From positions 1-54,978 of the forward strand of contig JAZAIZ010000177.1 of the NCBI GenBank assembly GCA_036230545.1: a stretch of DNA of 54,978 nucleotides. Direction: 5' to 3'. Shown here piece by piece: positions 27,662 to 37,853 of the stretch. The notes below the pieces were generated by a model. That model searched no databases, was not told where the DNA came from, and saw only the letters and a list, made by a program, of their open reading frames with translations. Position 1 is the stretch's first letter. Every line of letters starts with the position of its first letter. The DNA is from Myxococcota bacterium. Lineage in GTDB: Bacteria > Myxococcota > XYA12-FULL-58-9 > JABJBS01. Both the position numbers and the translations under genes were made by a program.

Positions 27662-28783
27662 ATGACTATTAAGTGGGATCCAACGATCGTGGGGGTCATT
27701 AGCAGTAAAGACCTCGAACAAGCGAGGGCAAACGCCCAAGAAGCACAGAATACAGAGCTCCGCGGGCCACAAGCGCCTCCCCCGAGCCCCAATTCGGAGG
27801 CTCCCTCGCCTCCCACCACCAAAGGCCTCAACGCTCCCGACCAGAACTCCTCCCCACAGACTTTGTGGAAAAATGAGGTGGAGCGACTGAAAAGCAGCCT
27901 CAACCACGCCCCGGATACTCAAGAAGAGACCATCGAGGCCGCCAGCCGACTCGCCCTGAGCTACCGCACGCGCCGGCTTAAAGCTGCCCGCCGGGACTGC
28001 AATCAACTCCTTGGAATCATTCTGAAAACAGAGGGGACACACACCAACTCAGTGCAGAGCCTCCAGGACATTCTCCTCGCGGAGAGCGAGCTCAGTGAAC
28101 TAAGCCCCGACAACACCTGGAACGCGGCCCGACTCCTCTTGTCCCACATCCACTCCGAGGACCCTCACAGCGCCCTGGCCCAGGCCACCCTGGCCCGCAC
28201 CTTTACACAGCTGGCCCTGCATTTTCCCGCAGAGCTCGACCAGGAAGAGCTCCCGATCCACCACGTGCTGGAGCAGGCCTTTTACCTCGCAGAGAGCGCC
28301 GCCACCGAGGCACCTGCCCTGGCAGACGCCACCACCGCCCTGGGGCGCCTGGTGCTTGTGCACCCCGAAGAGGAGGCCTGCAGCGACAGCGAGGAACTCT
28401 TTCGGCTCGCGCTCTCCCAGGATCCCGAGTTTGACCCGGCCCGCCTGGGGCTGGCCGCCACGCTCGCCCTGCAAAAGCGTGGCGATGAGGCCCTCCACGA
28501 GCTGGGCCTCCTGGCTCAGCGGGGCAACACCTTCCCAGGGCGCCTGGTGCTGCGCGCACAACTGAGAGCCCAACGGGGCGAGTTGCGTCTGGCCCTTGAG
28601 GACATTGACCGAGCCACCCGGCTCGCCCCAAGAGCCGGGCTTTTTCGGGTAGATGCGGCCCAAATCGCTCACCAGGCGGGACAGCATGAACGGGCCGACC
28701 GCTTCATGGACCAGGCCCAGGACCTGCTTGGCCCCTACGCCTCCCTTGCCCTTTCAGCCTCCTCCACCAGCCCCAAAAGCTGA
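27662..28783 (+). CDS. TPR-containing hypothetical protein
   Basis: Pro-rich N-terminal linker followed by TPR-like helices (FRLALSQDPEFDPARLGLA, ALEDIDRATRLAP). Confidence 0.7.
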   Translation: MTIKWDPTIVGVISSKDLEQARANAQEAQNTELRGPQAPPPSPNSEAPSPPTTKGLNAPDQNSSPQTLWKNEVERLKSSLNHAPDTQEETIEAASRLALSYRTRRLKAARRDCNQLLGIILKTEGTHTNSVQSLQDILLAESELSELSPDNTWNAARLLLSHIHSEDPHSALAQATLARTFTQLALHFPAELDQEELPIHHVLEQAFYLAESAATEAPALADATTALGRLVLVHPEEEACSDSEELFRLALSQDPEFDPARLGLAATLALQKRGDEALHELGLLAQRGNTFPGRLVLRAQLRAQRGELRLALEDIDRATRLAPRAGLFRVDAAQIAHQAGQHERADRFMDQAQDLLGPYASLALSASSTSPKS

Positions 28784-28871
28784 AGCCCACCGGCATTTTA
28801 GCCACCTCATTTTTTGGGATTCTCCCGCTTCAACACTGGCTCTGCCTCGTGGATCCCGCTATAGAGCCCCC

Positions 28872-29843
28872 ATGAAAACACCATTGATTGTCACAACCCT
28901 CCTCTCCGTGTCCCTTTGCTTTGCCTGTCAGAAGGACGACGCTTCAGCCCCCAAAGCCGAAGCGACGCCCGTCGAGGCTAAAAAAGACGCGGCCAAACCC
29001 AAAACCGACATCAAGCCCATCGCTGAGAAAGGCGTTCCCGGCGTGAAACCAGAACCCCTCCCCGCTCCCGATGATGTCCAGGCCGCTCCCAGTGATGCTA
29101 TCACCACCGCATCCGGGCTGGCCTCCAAAGTGTTGAAAGCCGGAAGCGGCACCACCAAACCCGACGCCAAAGACACCGTGGAAGTGCATTACACCGGCTG
29201 GACCACCGACGGAAAAATGTTCGACAGCTCGGTCGTCCGTGGGACCCCCGCCAAGTTCCCTCTTAATCGAGTGATTAAGGGTTGGACCGAGGGACTGCAG
29301 CTGATGGTTCAAGGCGAAAAACGTCGCTTCTGGATCCCCGGCAACCTCGCCTACGGAGACACCCCCCGTCGTCCCGGCGCTCCCGCAGGCACCCTGGTGT
29401 TTGACGTCGAGCTGCTCAACATCGTCGCCGCCCCCAAAGCCCCCAGCGACGTGGCCGCCGCTCCCGCGGACGCCAAAAAGACGGAGTCGGGCCTCGCTTA
29501 CAAAATGCTCACCAAGGGCACCGGCACTACCCATCCCACCCCCACCGACATCGTGGAGGTGCATTACTCGGGCTGGACCACAGACGGCAACCTCTTTGAC
29601 AGCTCCGTGGTCCGGGACCGCACCGCGACCTTTCCCCTCAACGGCGTCATCAAGGGCTGGACCGAAGGGCTGCAGCTGATGGTCGAAGGCGAAAAGACCC
29701 GCTTCTGGATCCCCGGCGACCTCGCTTACGGCGAGACCCCAAGCCGCCCGGGCGCTCCTGCTGGCACCTTGGTCTTTGACGTTGAACTGGTCGGTATCCG
29801 AAAGCCTCAACAGGCCCAGACCCCTCCCAAAGCAGCAAAATAA
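28872..29843 (+). CDS. Lipoprotein FKBP-type peptidyl-prolyl isomerase with two FKBP domains
   Basis: Lipobox LCFA-C; two copies of VEVHY(T/S)GWTTDG..FDSS...VIKGWTEGLQLM...LAYG...LVFDVEL. Confidence 0.93.
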   Translation: MKTPLIVTTLLSVSLCFACQKDDASAPKAEATPVEAKKDAAKPKTDIKPIAEKGVPGVKPEPLPAPDDVQAAPSDAITTASGLASKVLKAGSGTTKPDAKDTVEVHYTGWTTDGKMFDSSVVRGTPAKFPLNRVIKGWTEGLQLMVQGEKRRFWIPGNLAYGDTPRRPGAPAGTLVFDVELLNIVAAPKAPSDVAAAPADAKKTESGLAYKMLTKGTGTTHPTPTDIVEVHYSGWTTDGNLFDSSVVRDRTATFPLNGVIKGWTEGLQLMVEGEKTRFWIPGDLAYGETPSRPGAPAGTLVFDVELVGIRKPQQAQTPPKAAK

Positions 29844-29858
29844 ACACTCCCTAAGCAT

Positions 29859-29892
29859 AGCTCCCCCGCCCATCAGCGCGGGGGGAGCTTTG
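29859..29892 (+). terminator. Probable terminator hairpin after the FKBP gene
   Basis: AGCTCCCCCGC...GCGGGGGGAGCT stem with a weak T tract. Confidence 0.5.
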
Positions 29893-29960
29893 CTCCCCAT
29901 CCTCTCAGGAAACCTCGCTCCCCGGTCGACGGCCCCTCCATTTTTTTATACGATGTAGAG

Positions 29961-32021
29961 GTGAAGTTCAGGGGGGAACACCAAGGGTCGTTAATCGTGC
30001 AGACGCTCGCTAAGAGCGCCCGTGTAAAACTGTGCCTTCTATCCATTGCCGCCCTCCTCCTTGGATCCCCTGCTCTAGCCCAATCGGATTCCGCTTTTGT
30101 CTATCCCTTTGAGGCCGAGGAGCTCTCCATCCTCTCCAAAGCCGAGGAGCTGCTGCGCAACAACAAGGCCACCGAAGCCGCCGATTTGATCTTCCCCCTC
30201 TCCCTCGGCGGGCACCACGGCCCGGATATTCTTCAGGTCAGAACCTGGGCCCTCTACCACTCCGAAGCCTACCTCGAACTCACCCTCATCCTCGAAGAGC
30301 TCCCCCACCTCTCTGGTGAGCTGCGCTACCTGCGCGGGGCCGCCCGCCTTCGAACAGGGGACTGGACCGGAGGGCTCTCCGATCTGCAATCCCTGTGGTG
30401 GGAAGAATCCGACAACCTCTGGGGACTCTCCGCCCTTCGGGAGCTGGCCGACAGCAATCTGCCCGGCACCTACAGCCCCTACGAGCGAACGGTGATTCAA
30501 AAATACATCCCCCAGGTGACCTACAACACCCGCCGACTCTCCCGCAGCAACAACCCCCGGCGGATCTTCCCAAAACTCAAGCGACGCGCCCCCACCAAAG
30601 GCACCCTCGCCATCGAGCTCCTCTTCGCCGAGGGTCTGCGCTTTCTTCACCAGGAAAACTTTCGCGCTGCCTCCAGAACCCTCTCCAGAGCCCTCCAATC
30701 CAAGCCCCACTCCAACCTCCAGAGAGCCATCGAGCTCAATCTCGCCGAGGCCCTGCGCTTTCGGGGCGCCTACCAAAAAGCCCTGCAGCATTTTGACCAC
30801 GTCGCCAACACCGGGGATGACGAGCTGCGCTACCGCGCCCTCTCCCAAGCCGGTCGCATGGCGATTCACTACCGCCGCTACGAGGAGGCCCGGGTGCGCT
30901 ACCAGGCACTGCTCCTCACCAACCCCCTGGGCCCCGCCCGAGAAAAGGCCCTGTGGGGCCTTGGCTGGGTGGCCTACCGCAACGACGAGTTCAACAACGC
31001 CCGGCAGTTTTTCAAGACCCTCTTCCAGGAGAACCCCTTCGGCCCCCACGCCCCCCAGGCGTGCTATTGGGGAGCCCGCAGCGCCCAGCGCATGGACCTC
31101 GACTCCAAAGCCTACGGAGAATACGTCGCCCTCATCGAGCGCTTCCCCGTCGATTATTATGCCCACCGCGCCAACCAGATGATCTCGCGACTGAAACGTG
31201 CGGGCATTGAGAAAATCCCCGCCGTCCTCCCCGACAAGCCCACCGACCCCCGAGTCTCGCACATCGAAGGCCTCGCCCAATCGGGCCTCACCAAAAAAAC
31301 CGAGAAAGCCCTCCGGGAGATCCTCCCCTACGCCAGCCAATACCTGAGCCCCCTCGAACTCGACACCCTCTACCTCACCGCCCGTGATGCCGGCTTGAAC
31401 CGCCTCGGCGGCAAAGTGCGAGGCATGCGCCAGCGACGCTTCCCCAACCGCGACCGGTCCTCCGTTCGAACCCTTGCCGCCAACTTCCCCCACACTTATG
31501 TGGAGCTCATCCGCAAAGAGGCCCGCAGATATCGAGTGGAAGAAGCCCTCGTGGTGGCCCTCGCACGTCAGGAGAGCGCCTTTAATCCCCGCGCCGTCTC
31601 CCCGGTGGGGGCCCTGGGGCTGCTGCAACTCATGCCCCTGACCGCCCAATCCATGATGAGCAAAAAAGACCAAAGCCAACCCGTCGATCGGGAGCAAATT
31701 CTCAACCCCGCACTCAACGCCAAACTGGGCTCCCGCTACCTCAGCAAGATGCTCAAAGCCTTTGGCGGCAAGGTCGAATATGCCCTCGCCGCCTACAACG
31801 CGGGCCCCGGCGCCGTGGGGCGCTGGCGACGCCAATACGGCAATTTGCCCCCGGAGATCTTCGTGGAGGAGATCCCCTACAAAGAAACCCGGCAATATGT
31901 GCGCAAAGTGCTCGCCTGGAAGCGCAAGTTTTCCTTCATGCGCAAGCACCGAAACCTCCTCTGGTCACCTAAAAAAAGCAAACGATTACAGAAGTCTAAA
32001 AAGAAAAAGTCCCCAGGCTGA
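29961..32021 (+). CDS. Soluble lytic transglycosylase (Slt70-like, TPR plus SLT domain)
   Basis: Signal peptide; TPR helices; ARQESAF, GALGLLQLMP, AAYNAGPG, EEIPYKETRQYV; start may instead be GTG 29997. Confidence 0.9.
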   Translation: MKFRGEHQGSLIVQTLAKSARVKLCLLSIAALLLGSPALAQSDSAFVYPFEAEELSILSKAEELLRNNKATEAADLIFPLSLGGHHGPDILQVRTWALYHSEAYLELTLILEELPHLSGELRYLRGAARLRTGDWTGGLSDLQSLWWEESDNLWGLSALRELADSNLPGTYSPYERTVIQKYIPQVTYNTRRLSRSNNPRRIFPKLKRRAPTKGTLAIELLFAEGLRFLHQENFRAASRTLSRALQSKPHSNLQRAIELNLAEALRFRGAYQKALQHFDHVANTGDDELRYRALSQAGRMAIHYRRYEEARVRYQALLLTNPLGPAREKALWGLGWVAYRNDEFNNARQFFKTLFQENPFGPHAPQACYWGARSAQRMDLDSKAYGEYVALIERFPVDYYAHRANQMISRLKRAGIEKIPAVLPDKPTDPRVSHIEGLAQSGLTKKTEKALREILPYASQYLSPLELDTLYLTARDAGLNRLGGKVRGMRQRRFPNRDRSSVRTLAANFPHTYVELIRKEARRYRVEEALVVALARQESAFNPRAVSPVGALGLLQLMPLTAQSMMSKKDQSQPVDREQILNPALNAKLGSRYLSKMLKAFGGKVEYALAAYNAGPGAVGRWRRQYGNLPPEIFVEEIPYKETRQYVRKVLAWKRKFSFMRKHRNLLWSPKKSKRLQKSKKKKSPG

Positions 32022-32108
32022 CCCTTCGTCGCGGGCCTCTCTCCCCCCCTATTCGGTCTTTTTGCTTGCGGACTCCCACCCACGCAGGTAGACCTTGCCG
32101 ACTTTCCG

Positions 32109-33230
32109 ATGAAAAATACGCACTTTCAGCCCCCGACTCTGGCCCAATTGGACTCCCTCTCCGCCCCTCCGCCCACAGGCCCCCAAAACCTGCTGGGCTG
32201 CACCCTTGAGGAGCTGCAGCGCTTCGCCACGGACTCCGGCCAACCCTCCTACCGGGGAAAGCAGCTCTTTGAGGCCCTCTTTAAGCACCGCCGCCAGAGC
32301 TTTGAGCACATCACCAACCTCCCCAAGGCCCTCCGGACCGAGCTCGAAGAGCATTTTGTCCTGGAGCGTCCCACCATGGACGAGGTTCAGGTAGCCCAGG
32401 ATGGCACCCGAAAATACCGCTTCGTCAGCCCCGACCAGCTCGCCTTTGAAGCGGTCTATATTCCCAACGTCGCCCAGGGGCGCAAAACCAACACCCTCTG
32501 CGTCTCAAGCCAGACCGGCTGCGCGGTGGGGTGCAAATTTTGCTTCACCGCCTCCCTGCGCCGAAACCGCAACCTCTCGGCGGCCGAGATCGTAGGACAG
32601 GTGCTGGCGGTTCAGGATGACGTCGCCTCCCTCGGCGACGAGGCGAGCGTCACCAATATCGTCTACATGGGCATGGGCGAGCCCCTCCTCAATTACGATC
32701 AGGTGGTTCAATCGGCCCGGATTCTCCTGGCCCCGGAAGGGCTCGATTTTTCAAGCCGGCGAGTGACCATCAGCACCTCGGGCATCGTGCCCCGCATCGC
32801 TGACCTCGGAAGAGACCTCCCCACCCAACTGGCCATCTCCCTCAACGCCACCACGGACGAAATCCGCACCCGCATCATGCCCATCAATAAGAAGTGGCCC
32901 CTCGCCACCCTCATTGACGCCCTGCGGGCCTACCCCCTGAAAAATCGCCGCAGCTTCACCAGCGAGTATGTCCTGCTTAAGGACATCAACGACAGCCCCG
33001 AAGACGCCCGACGCCTTATCAAGCTGCTCGAAGGCATCCCCGTAAAAATCAATCTCCTCCCCCTCAACGTCCACGACCGAACCGAGTTCAGCTCCCCCAG
33101 CCGCAACCGAGTCATGGCCTTTCAGCAGATCCTGCGTGACGCCGACATGAGCGCCCTCATCCGAACCCCCCGTGGACAGGACATCTCCGCCGCCTGCGGG
33201 CAACTCGGCGAAACCGTCAACGCTGCATAA
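32109..33230 (+). CDS. rlmN: Dual-specificity RNA methyltransferase RlmN
   Basis: DGTRKY, CVSSQTGCAVGCKFC radical-SAM motif, MGMGEP, ISTSG, AACGQL. Confidence 0.95.
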   Translation: MKNTHFQPPTLAQLDSLSAPPPTGPQNLLGCTLEELQRFATDSGQPSYRGKQLFEALFKHRRQSFEHITNLPKALRTELEEHFVLERPTMDEVQVAQDGTRKYRFVSPDQLAFEAVYIPNVAQGRKTNTLCVSSQTGCAVGCKFCFTASLRRNRNLSAAEIVGQVLAVQDDVASLGDEASVTNIVYMGMGEPLLNYDQVVQSARILLAPEGLDFSSRRVTISTSGIVPRIADLGRDLPTQLAISLNATTDEIRTRIMPINKKWPLATLIDALRAYPLKNRRSFTSEYVLLKDINDSPEDARRLIKLLEGIPVKINLLPLNVHDRTEFSSPSRNRVMAFQQILRDADMSALIRTPRGQDISAACGQLGETVNAA

Positions 33231-33236
33231 CCCACC

Positions 33237-34385
33237 GTGGATTCCCCTCCCTCATCGGACCTTCTCCTCCAAATCGCCAACGCCGCTCATGAACTCGGTT
33301 TTGTTAAAGTGGGATTTACTCCCATCCCCGAGTTGAAGCGCGGCACCGAAGCCCTGCAGCGCTGGCTCAACCAGGGCTTCCACGGCGACATGGACTATAT
33401 GGCCCGGCACGGCCTCCGGGATGATCCCAAAAAGATGCTCCACGAGGCGAAGGGAGTCATCGTGGTGGCCCTCCCCTATGCCCGCGACGATCAAACCGAC
33501 ACCCGGCTTACGCCTTTGCGTGGCGTGGTCGCCCGCTATGCTCGGGGCCCGGATTATCACCACCTCCTCAAAGAGAAGCTCTCTCAGCTCGCCGAAACCC
33601 TCAGCGACCTCCTCAAGAGCCCGGTCCTCTCCCGCCCCTGCGTAGACACCGCGCCACTACTCGAGCGCGAGCTCGCCGAAGCGGCCGGAGTGGGGTTTGT
33701 CGCAAAATCGACCATGACCCTCATCCCCGGCGTGGGCACCTACACCCTGCTGGGGGAGCTGCTGGTCAACATCGAGCTTCCCCAAAGCGTCCCCATGGAG
33801 ACCAAATGCGGGGAGTGCGTCGCCTGCCTGGACGCCTGCCCCACAAAAGCCTTTGTGGGTCCCTGGGTTTTGGACGCGCGGCGCTGCATCTCCTACCTCA
33901 CGATTGAATCGAATCAGCCCATCCCGCGGGAGCTCCGCGCCCCCATTGGCGATCGCATCTTCGGCTGCGACATCTGCCAGGAGGTCTGCCCCTTTAACGC
34001 CAGCCCCAAGCCCCGCCCTGGAGATCCTGGCCTCGCCCCCTTCCCACACCTGCAGGCCCCCGAACTCGCGACGCTGCTCAACCTGCGCTCGGGAGAATAC
34101 CGACGCTTTGTCAAAGGCAGCGCCCTGCGTCGAGCCAGCCGCGCACAACTCGGGCGCAACGCCGCCATTGCCTTGGGAAACTCCCCAGACCCACAAGCGG
34201 TACCCATCCTCGTCGACGCGCTCCACCACCACACCTCGCCCCTCGTGCGCGGGCACGTCGCGTGGGCCCTGGGGCAACACGGGGGAGAGGTGGCACAGAC
34301 GGCCCTGACCCTGCGCCTTCAGAACGAGGAGGACGACTTTGTGCAAAGCGAGCTCCGCGCCGCCCTTGAAGTCACTTCCCCCTGA
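33237..34385 (+). CDS. queG: tRNA epoxyqueuosine reductase QueG
   Basis: ARYARGPDYH, VDTAPLLERELA, CGECVACLDACP, RCISYLTIE, GCDICQEVCP, C-terminal HEAT repeats. Confidence 0.94.
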   Translation: MDSPPSSDLLLQIANAAHELGFVKVGFTPIPELKRGTEALQRWLNQGFHGDMDYMARHGLRDDPKKMLHEAKGVIVVALPYARDDQTDTRLTPLRGVVARYARGPDYHHLLKEKLSQLAETLSDLLKSPVLSRPCVDTAPLLERELAEAAGVGFVAKSTMTLIPGVGTYTLLGELLVNIELPQSVPMETKCGECVACLDACPTKAFVGPWVLDARRCISYLTIESNQPIPRELRAPIGDRIFGCDICQEVCPFNASPKPRPGDPGLAPFPHLQAPELATLLNLRSGEYRRFVKGSALRRASRAQLGRNAAIALGNSPDPQAVPILVDALHHHTSPLVRGHVAWALGQHGGEVAQTALTLRLQNEEDDFVQSELRAALEVTSP

Positions 34386-34482
34386 GCTGAACGCGCTCTC
34401 CCCGAGAATCGTCCTCTCCTTTGTCATTCCACTTCAGCTGCAGATCTCTTTGGCGTTATATTCATGAGAGGAGGAGACCCCC

Positions 34483-35295
34483 GTGACCCAACATTCCTAT
34501 CTGCAGGACCGCCTTGAGACCCTTGACGGCTCCACCCCCCACGCCAGCGTTCTCTCCGACAAAGCCAGCGCGCAACTGCCCCTGGCGGCCTTTGAGATCC
34601 TCAAGGGAGGAGACGTGTTTGACGCGAGCGGCGCCTCGACCCCGGCCATCGCCAGAGAGCAGGCGGAGCGCTGGATAAGCTCTCACCTGCAATGGAAATT
34701 GCACGGCGCCCCTTCCACACTGCGTGACCTTGTTGTGCGGGACATCCTGCAGCAAATCGGATTCAACCCGGGACTCGTATCGCGGCTGGAGGCAGCCAAA
34801 CCCATTCAAATCGAGATTATCCCCCCCGACGAGGAGATGGCACAAGCGGGGCTCCCTCCGCAAATCTCACCGGGCATCACCGGGCTCTATTGGGACCACC
34901 CCCGCTGGCCCTGCGCGCGTATCCTTTTGCGACAGGAGCAGCTGGGAGTAGATCCGGTGCTGGTGGTGCATGAGATGGCCCACGCCATTCACTACCTCGC
35001 CTTCACAGCGAAGGAGCGCGCCCTCATTTACCAACTGCTGCAGCCCACCTTTGGCAACCGCCAGGCCATGGACGAGGTCTTCGCCATCTACAGCGAGCGA
35101 GAATTTGTGGACGAGTTCTCCATTGAAGAAAAGGCAGTGCGCGGGGTGTATGGCTTCACCCGCCGGCAGTGGTCGGAGAACCATGTGTTTACGCGCTTTG
35201 TCCGCAAGCTCTACTTTCCCCACAAGCCACTCGCCGGCCCGAAGCTCTTCAGCGCCGCCAAGCCCTCCTCGGGACTTAAGCTGCCGCCCCCCTGA
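34483..35295 (+). CDS. Hypothetical zincin-like protein (HExxH...ExFA)
   Basis: VVHEMAHAIH and downstream DEVFA; GTG start after GAGGAG RBS; no signal peptide. Confidence 0.6.
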   Translation: MTQHSYLQDRLETLDGSTPHASVLSDKASAQLPLAAFEILKGGDVFDASGASTPAIAREQAERWISSHLQWKLHGAPSTLRDLVVRDILQQIGFNPGLVSRLEAAKPIQIEIIPPDEEMAQAGLPPQISPGITGLYWDHPRWPCARILLRQEQLGVDPVLVVHEMAHAIHYLAFTAKERALIYQLLQPTFGNRQAMDEVFAIYSEREFVDEFSIEEKAVRGVYGFTRRQWSENHVFTRFVRKLYFPHKPLAGPKLFSAAKPSSGLKLPPP

Positions 35296-35367
35296 GGGCA
35301 CACCTTGCGTCAATGGGCGGGGTCCGCTAGAGGCTGCAACAAACACTCCACCCCCTGAGGTACCTCC

Positions 35368-35595
35368 ATGCTGCTGGCTCAAATCATTGAGATCTATTCG
35401 TTCATCGTGCTGGGTTCGATCCTGATTTCGTGGATCAACCTGCCCCACCATCACCCGGTGGCACGCTTTCTTGAAACCATGACCGAGCCGGTGTTGAAGC
35501 CCATCCGCCAAATCCTTCCTCCCATGGGGGGCCTGGACTTCTCACCGATGATCCTGCTGGTTGGCTTAAATTTCCTGGCGCGCGCCACCCTCTGA
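35368..35595 (+). CDS. yggT: YggT family membrane protein
   Basis: ILISW...HPVARFLETMTEPVLKPIRQILPPMGGLDFSPMILL. Confidence 0.9.
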   Translation: MLLAQIIEIYSFIVLGSILISWINLPHHHPVARFLETMTEPVLKPIRQILPPMGGLDFSPMILLVGLNFLARATL

Positions 35596-35598
35596 GGC

Positions 35599-37680
35599 CT
35601 AACGCCTCTTGAGACTCTCCAGACGCTTTAGACTGACATAGGAAGGATCCCAGCTACGCTGGCGATCTACGGTATCAACAAACCAGCACCCCGGTGTCAT
35701 GCAGCGCTGATCCATCCACGGCAGACCAGCAAACACCCCCGTGGGCTCGTTGATGCTGATGTGAAGGTGGTGGTGGTGAAAACGAAACCAGCCAGCCCCG
35801 GTGTCCTCGGTCTCATAGGCGAGCTTCAGGTTGGTGCAGGCGTTGCCCCCAATCCACCCAGCGCCACAAAGTTGCTGAATGGCATCGGTCATTAGCTCAC
35901 CAATCTTGCCGTCCACGCCAATCACCCGCAGGTTGTAGTTGTCATGAATCTTCGCGATAAAAACCGCGGTTCGCCATTTGTCGAGAATGTCAGGGTCCCC
36001 AACACAGTGGTATTGGTCGGAGCCACCGGACACATGGTTGCAAACCGAGCGCAGGACATTGTTGGGTTGGCCTAATTGATAATAGGCGATGTCCATGTCG
36101 CTGCCGTCCACGTGAGTTCCCGCAGGGTGCCCCGGGCTTCCCCGGGAAGCGCCGGGGATTGCACCATCCCCTTCGCTCATGTCCCCAAGGCCCAGGGGCT
36201 GATAGGGCTCGTAGCTCCACCCCTGACTCAGGCACTCGGTAAACGCCGTGGCATAACGCACCGTCTGCATGACGTCCTGTCGAATCCAGCTGCGATATTG
36301 TTCACTCCCCTCGCCGTTGATTTGATAATCCCAATAGCCATAGGCTTGAACGGGGTTGAATTGAACCAGAGGCGTACACTGCGGCTGACCGGGACCATTG
36401 CAGCCACGATAATCGGGGACCTGTGCCCCAATCCGACAATCCGGAATCACACCACCGGGCATGTCCATCGCTTCGGGGATACACAACCCGTTGCTACCGC
36501 AAAAATAACCCTCGCCGCAGCTGGTGGCCGTACAGCGATAGTCCCCATTGCCACCGTCACCGTTGGGAAAACATATATTCTGGGAGGTGCAATCGTAGCT
36601 GCTTCGACAATCAGCAGTGGCCGTGCACTGGTCGAGGCAAAGCACCTGCTGCCCGTCATCAATGTTGTAGCACGCCGAGTCCCCAGGGCAGCCTCCAGTG
36701 CACTGCAGCACCGTACAATAGCCCCCAGGAAATCCATCCCTCACACAATCGGGAGCGGCCGAACCGCAATCAGCGTTGGAAGCACAGGGCGCCCCAACGC
36801 TTCCCAACCCGGCGACGCCGGAGGTGGGCTCGGGCAGATTACCACTGCCTCCACCGCTGTCACCGCTGTCACCGCCGCCACTGTCGCCGCCACCGCTGGT
36901 TCCACCGCTGTCACCACCGCCGCTGGTTCCACCAGGATCTGTTGACACATTACATAAGGGAGAGCAGGTCCCGTCACAGCTCGTTGCGCTGGAGGGGGCA
37001 CACGAGCCATCCGCGTCGCAGGTGCCCGCACATGAATAGGCGTCACAATCTGGCCAGCAGAGTTCATACGAAGTGTCCGCCAGCCCCCAGCAGCTCGCAC
37101 CTGCACCACATTCAGATCGGGATCCTCCAGAGGAGCAACTTGCGCTCGCCTCCTGCATGCAGATCCCGAAAACACAAATCCCAGGTCGCTCCGCGCTGCC
37201 GGAGCAATCGCTGCTGCAGTTGCAGGCGCTACCCGGAGAGAGGCCATCGCTAGTGCCACCACCGGGCGTGTTACCAGAACCACCGCCGGGCGTGTTGCCA
37301 GAGCCACCACCGGGCGTGTTACCAGAACCACCACCAGGCGTGTTGCCAGAGCCACCACCGGGAGTGTTGCCAGAGCCGCCACCGGGCGTATTACCAGAGC
37401 CGCCACCGGGCTCAGGCTGAGGGGCTCCAGCCGGTCCGTTGTCACAGCTGCTGGCATCCCACTCAACGCAATTCCACGCGCAGCGTAACACCCCGCCACC
37501 AAAGCCCTCTCCATAACAGGTCGCGCCGCCAAGGTTGTCCCCGTCGCAAAGCTCTCCCGCGTCAAGTCGCCCGTTTCCGCAGATCGCGATGCTCGCTGGC
37601 TCCTTCCGGGTTCTCGACTCTCCCCCATCACAGCCCACCATACCCACAGCCAGCAGCAGAACATATTGGTGCAATTTCAT
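35599..37680 (-). CDS. Cys-rich lipoprotein with C-terminal MepA/LAS-type zinc peptidase domain
   Basis: Lipobox VGMVG-C with GGAGG RBS; CGNG..GELCDG module; GGGSGNTP linker; LGDMS...GHPAGTHVDGSDMD and HHHHLH motifs. Confidence 0.7.
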   Translation of the reverse strand: MKLHQYVLLLAVGMVGCDGGESRTRKEPASIAICGNGRLDAGELCDGDNLGGATCYGEGFGGGVLRCAWNCVEWDASSCDNGPAGAPQPEPGGGSGNTPGGGSGNTPGGGSGNTPGGGSGNTPGGGSGNTPGGGSGNTPGGGTSDGLSPGSACNCSSDCSGSAERPGICVFGICMQEASASCSSGGSRSECGAGASCWGLADTSYELCWPDCDAYSCAGTCDADGSCAPSSATSCDGTCSPLCNVSTDPGGTSGGGDSGGTSGGGDSGGGDSGDSGGGSGNLPEPTSGVAGLGSVGAPCASNADCGSAAPDCVRDGFPGGYCTVLQCTGGCPGDSACYNIDDGQQVLCLDQCTATADCRSSYDCTSQNICFPNGDGGNGDYRCTATSCGEGYFCGSNGLCIPEAMDMPGGVIPDCRIGAQVPDYRGCNGPGQPQCTPLVQFNPVQAYGYWDYQINGEGSEQYRSWIRQDVMQTVRYATAFTECLSQGWSYEPYQPLGLGDMSEGDGAIPGASRGSPGHPAGTHVDGSDMDIAYYQLGQPNNVLRSVCNHVSGGSDQYHCVGDPDILDKWRTAVFIAKIHDNYNLRVIGVDGKIGELMTDAIQQLCGAGWIGGNACTNLKLAYETEDTGAGWFRFHHHHLHISINEPTGVFAGLPWMDQRCMTPGCWFVDTVDRQRSWDPSYVSLKRLESLKRR
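37256..37410. repeat. Intragenic 24-bp tandem repeat (about 6.5 copies) encoding (GGGSGNTP)n
   Basis: Units such as CCACCACCGGGCGTGTTACCAGAA, varying only at synonymous positions. Confidence 0.95.
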
Positions 37681-37853
37681 TGGATCAAACCTCCATATCA
37701 GGGACATCACAGGACATCGATATTTCAAGCCAGGCTCACCGGGCACACCCCTTTGGGGCGCTCGACCTCAGCGGCTTCAACCCCGACAGGGGGGCCTCAG
37801 AGATAGGAGATAGAAAGATAAAGCGGATCCGTCAAACAAAATGACACACTCGG

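Noticed and set aside
37256-37410. CRISPR-like array
   Set aside because: Head-to-tail 24-bp units with no spacers, in frame within a CDS, and no cas genes
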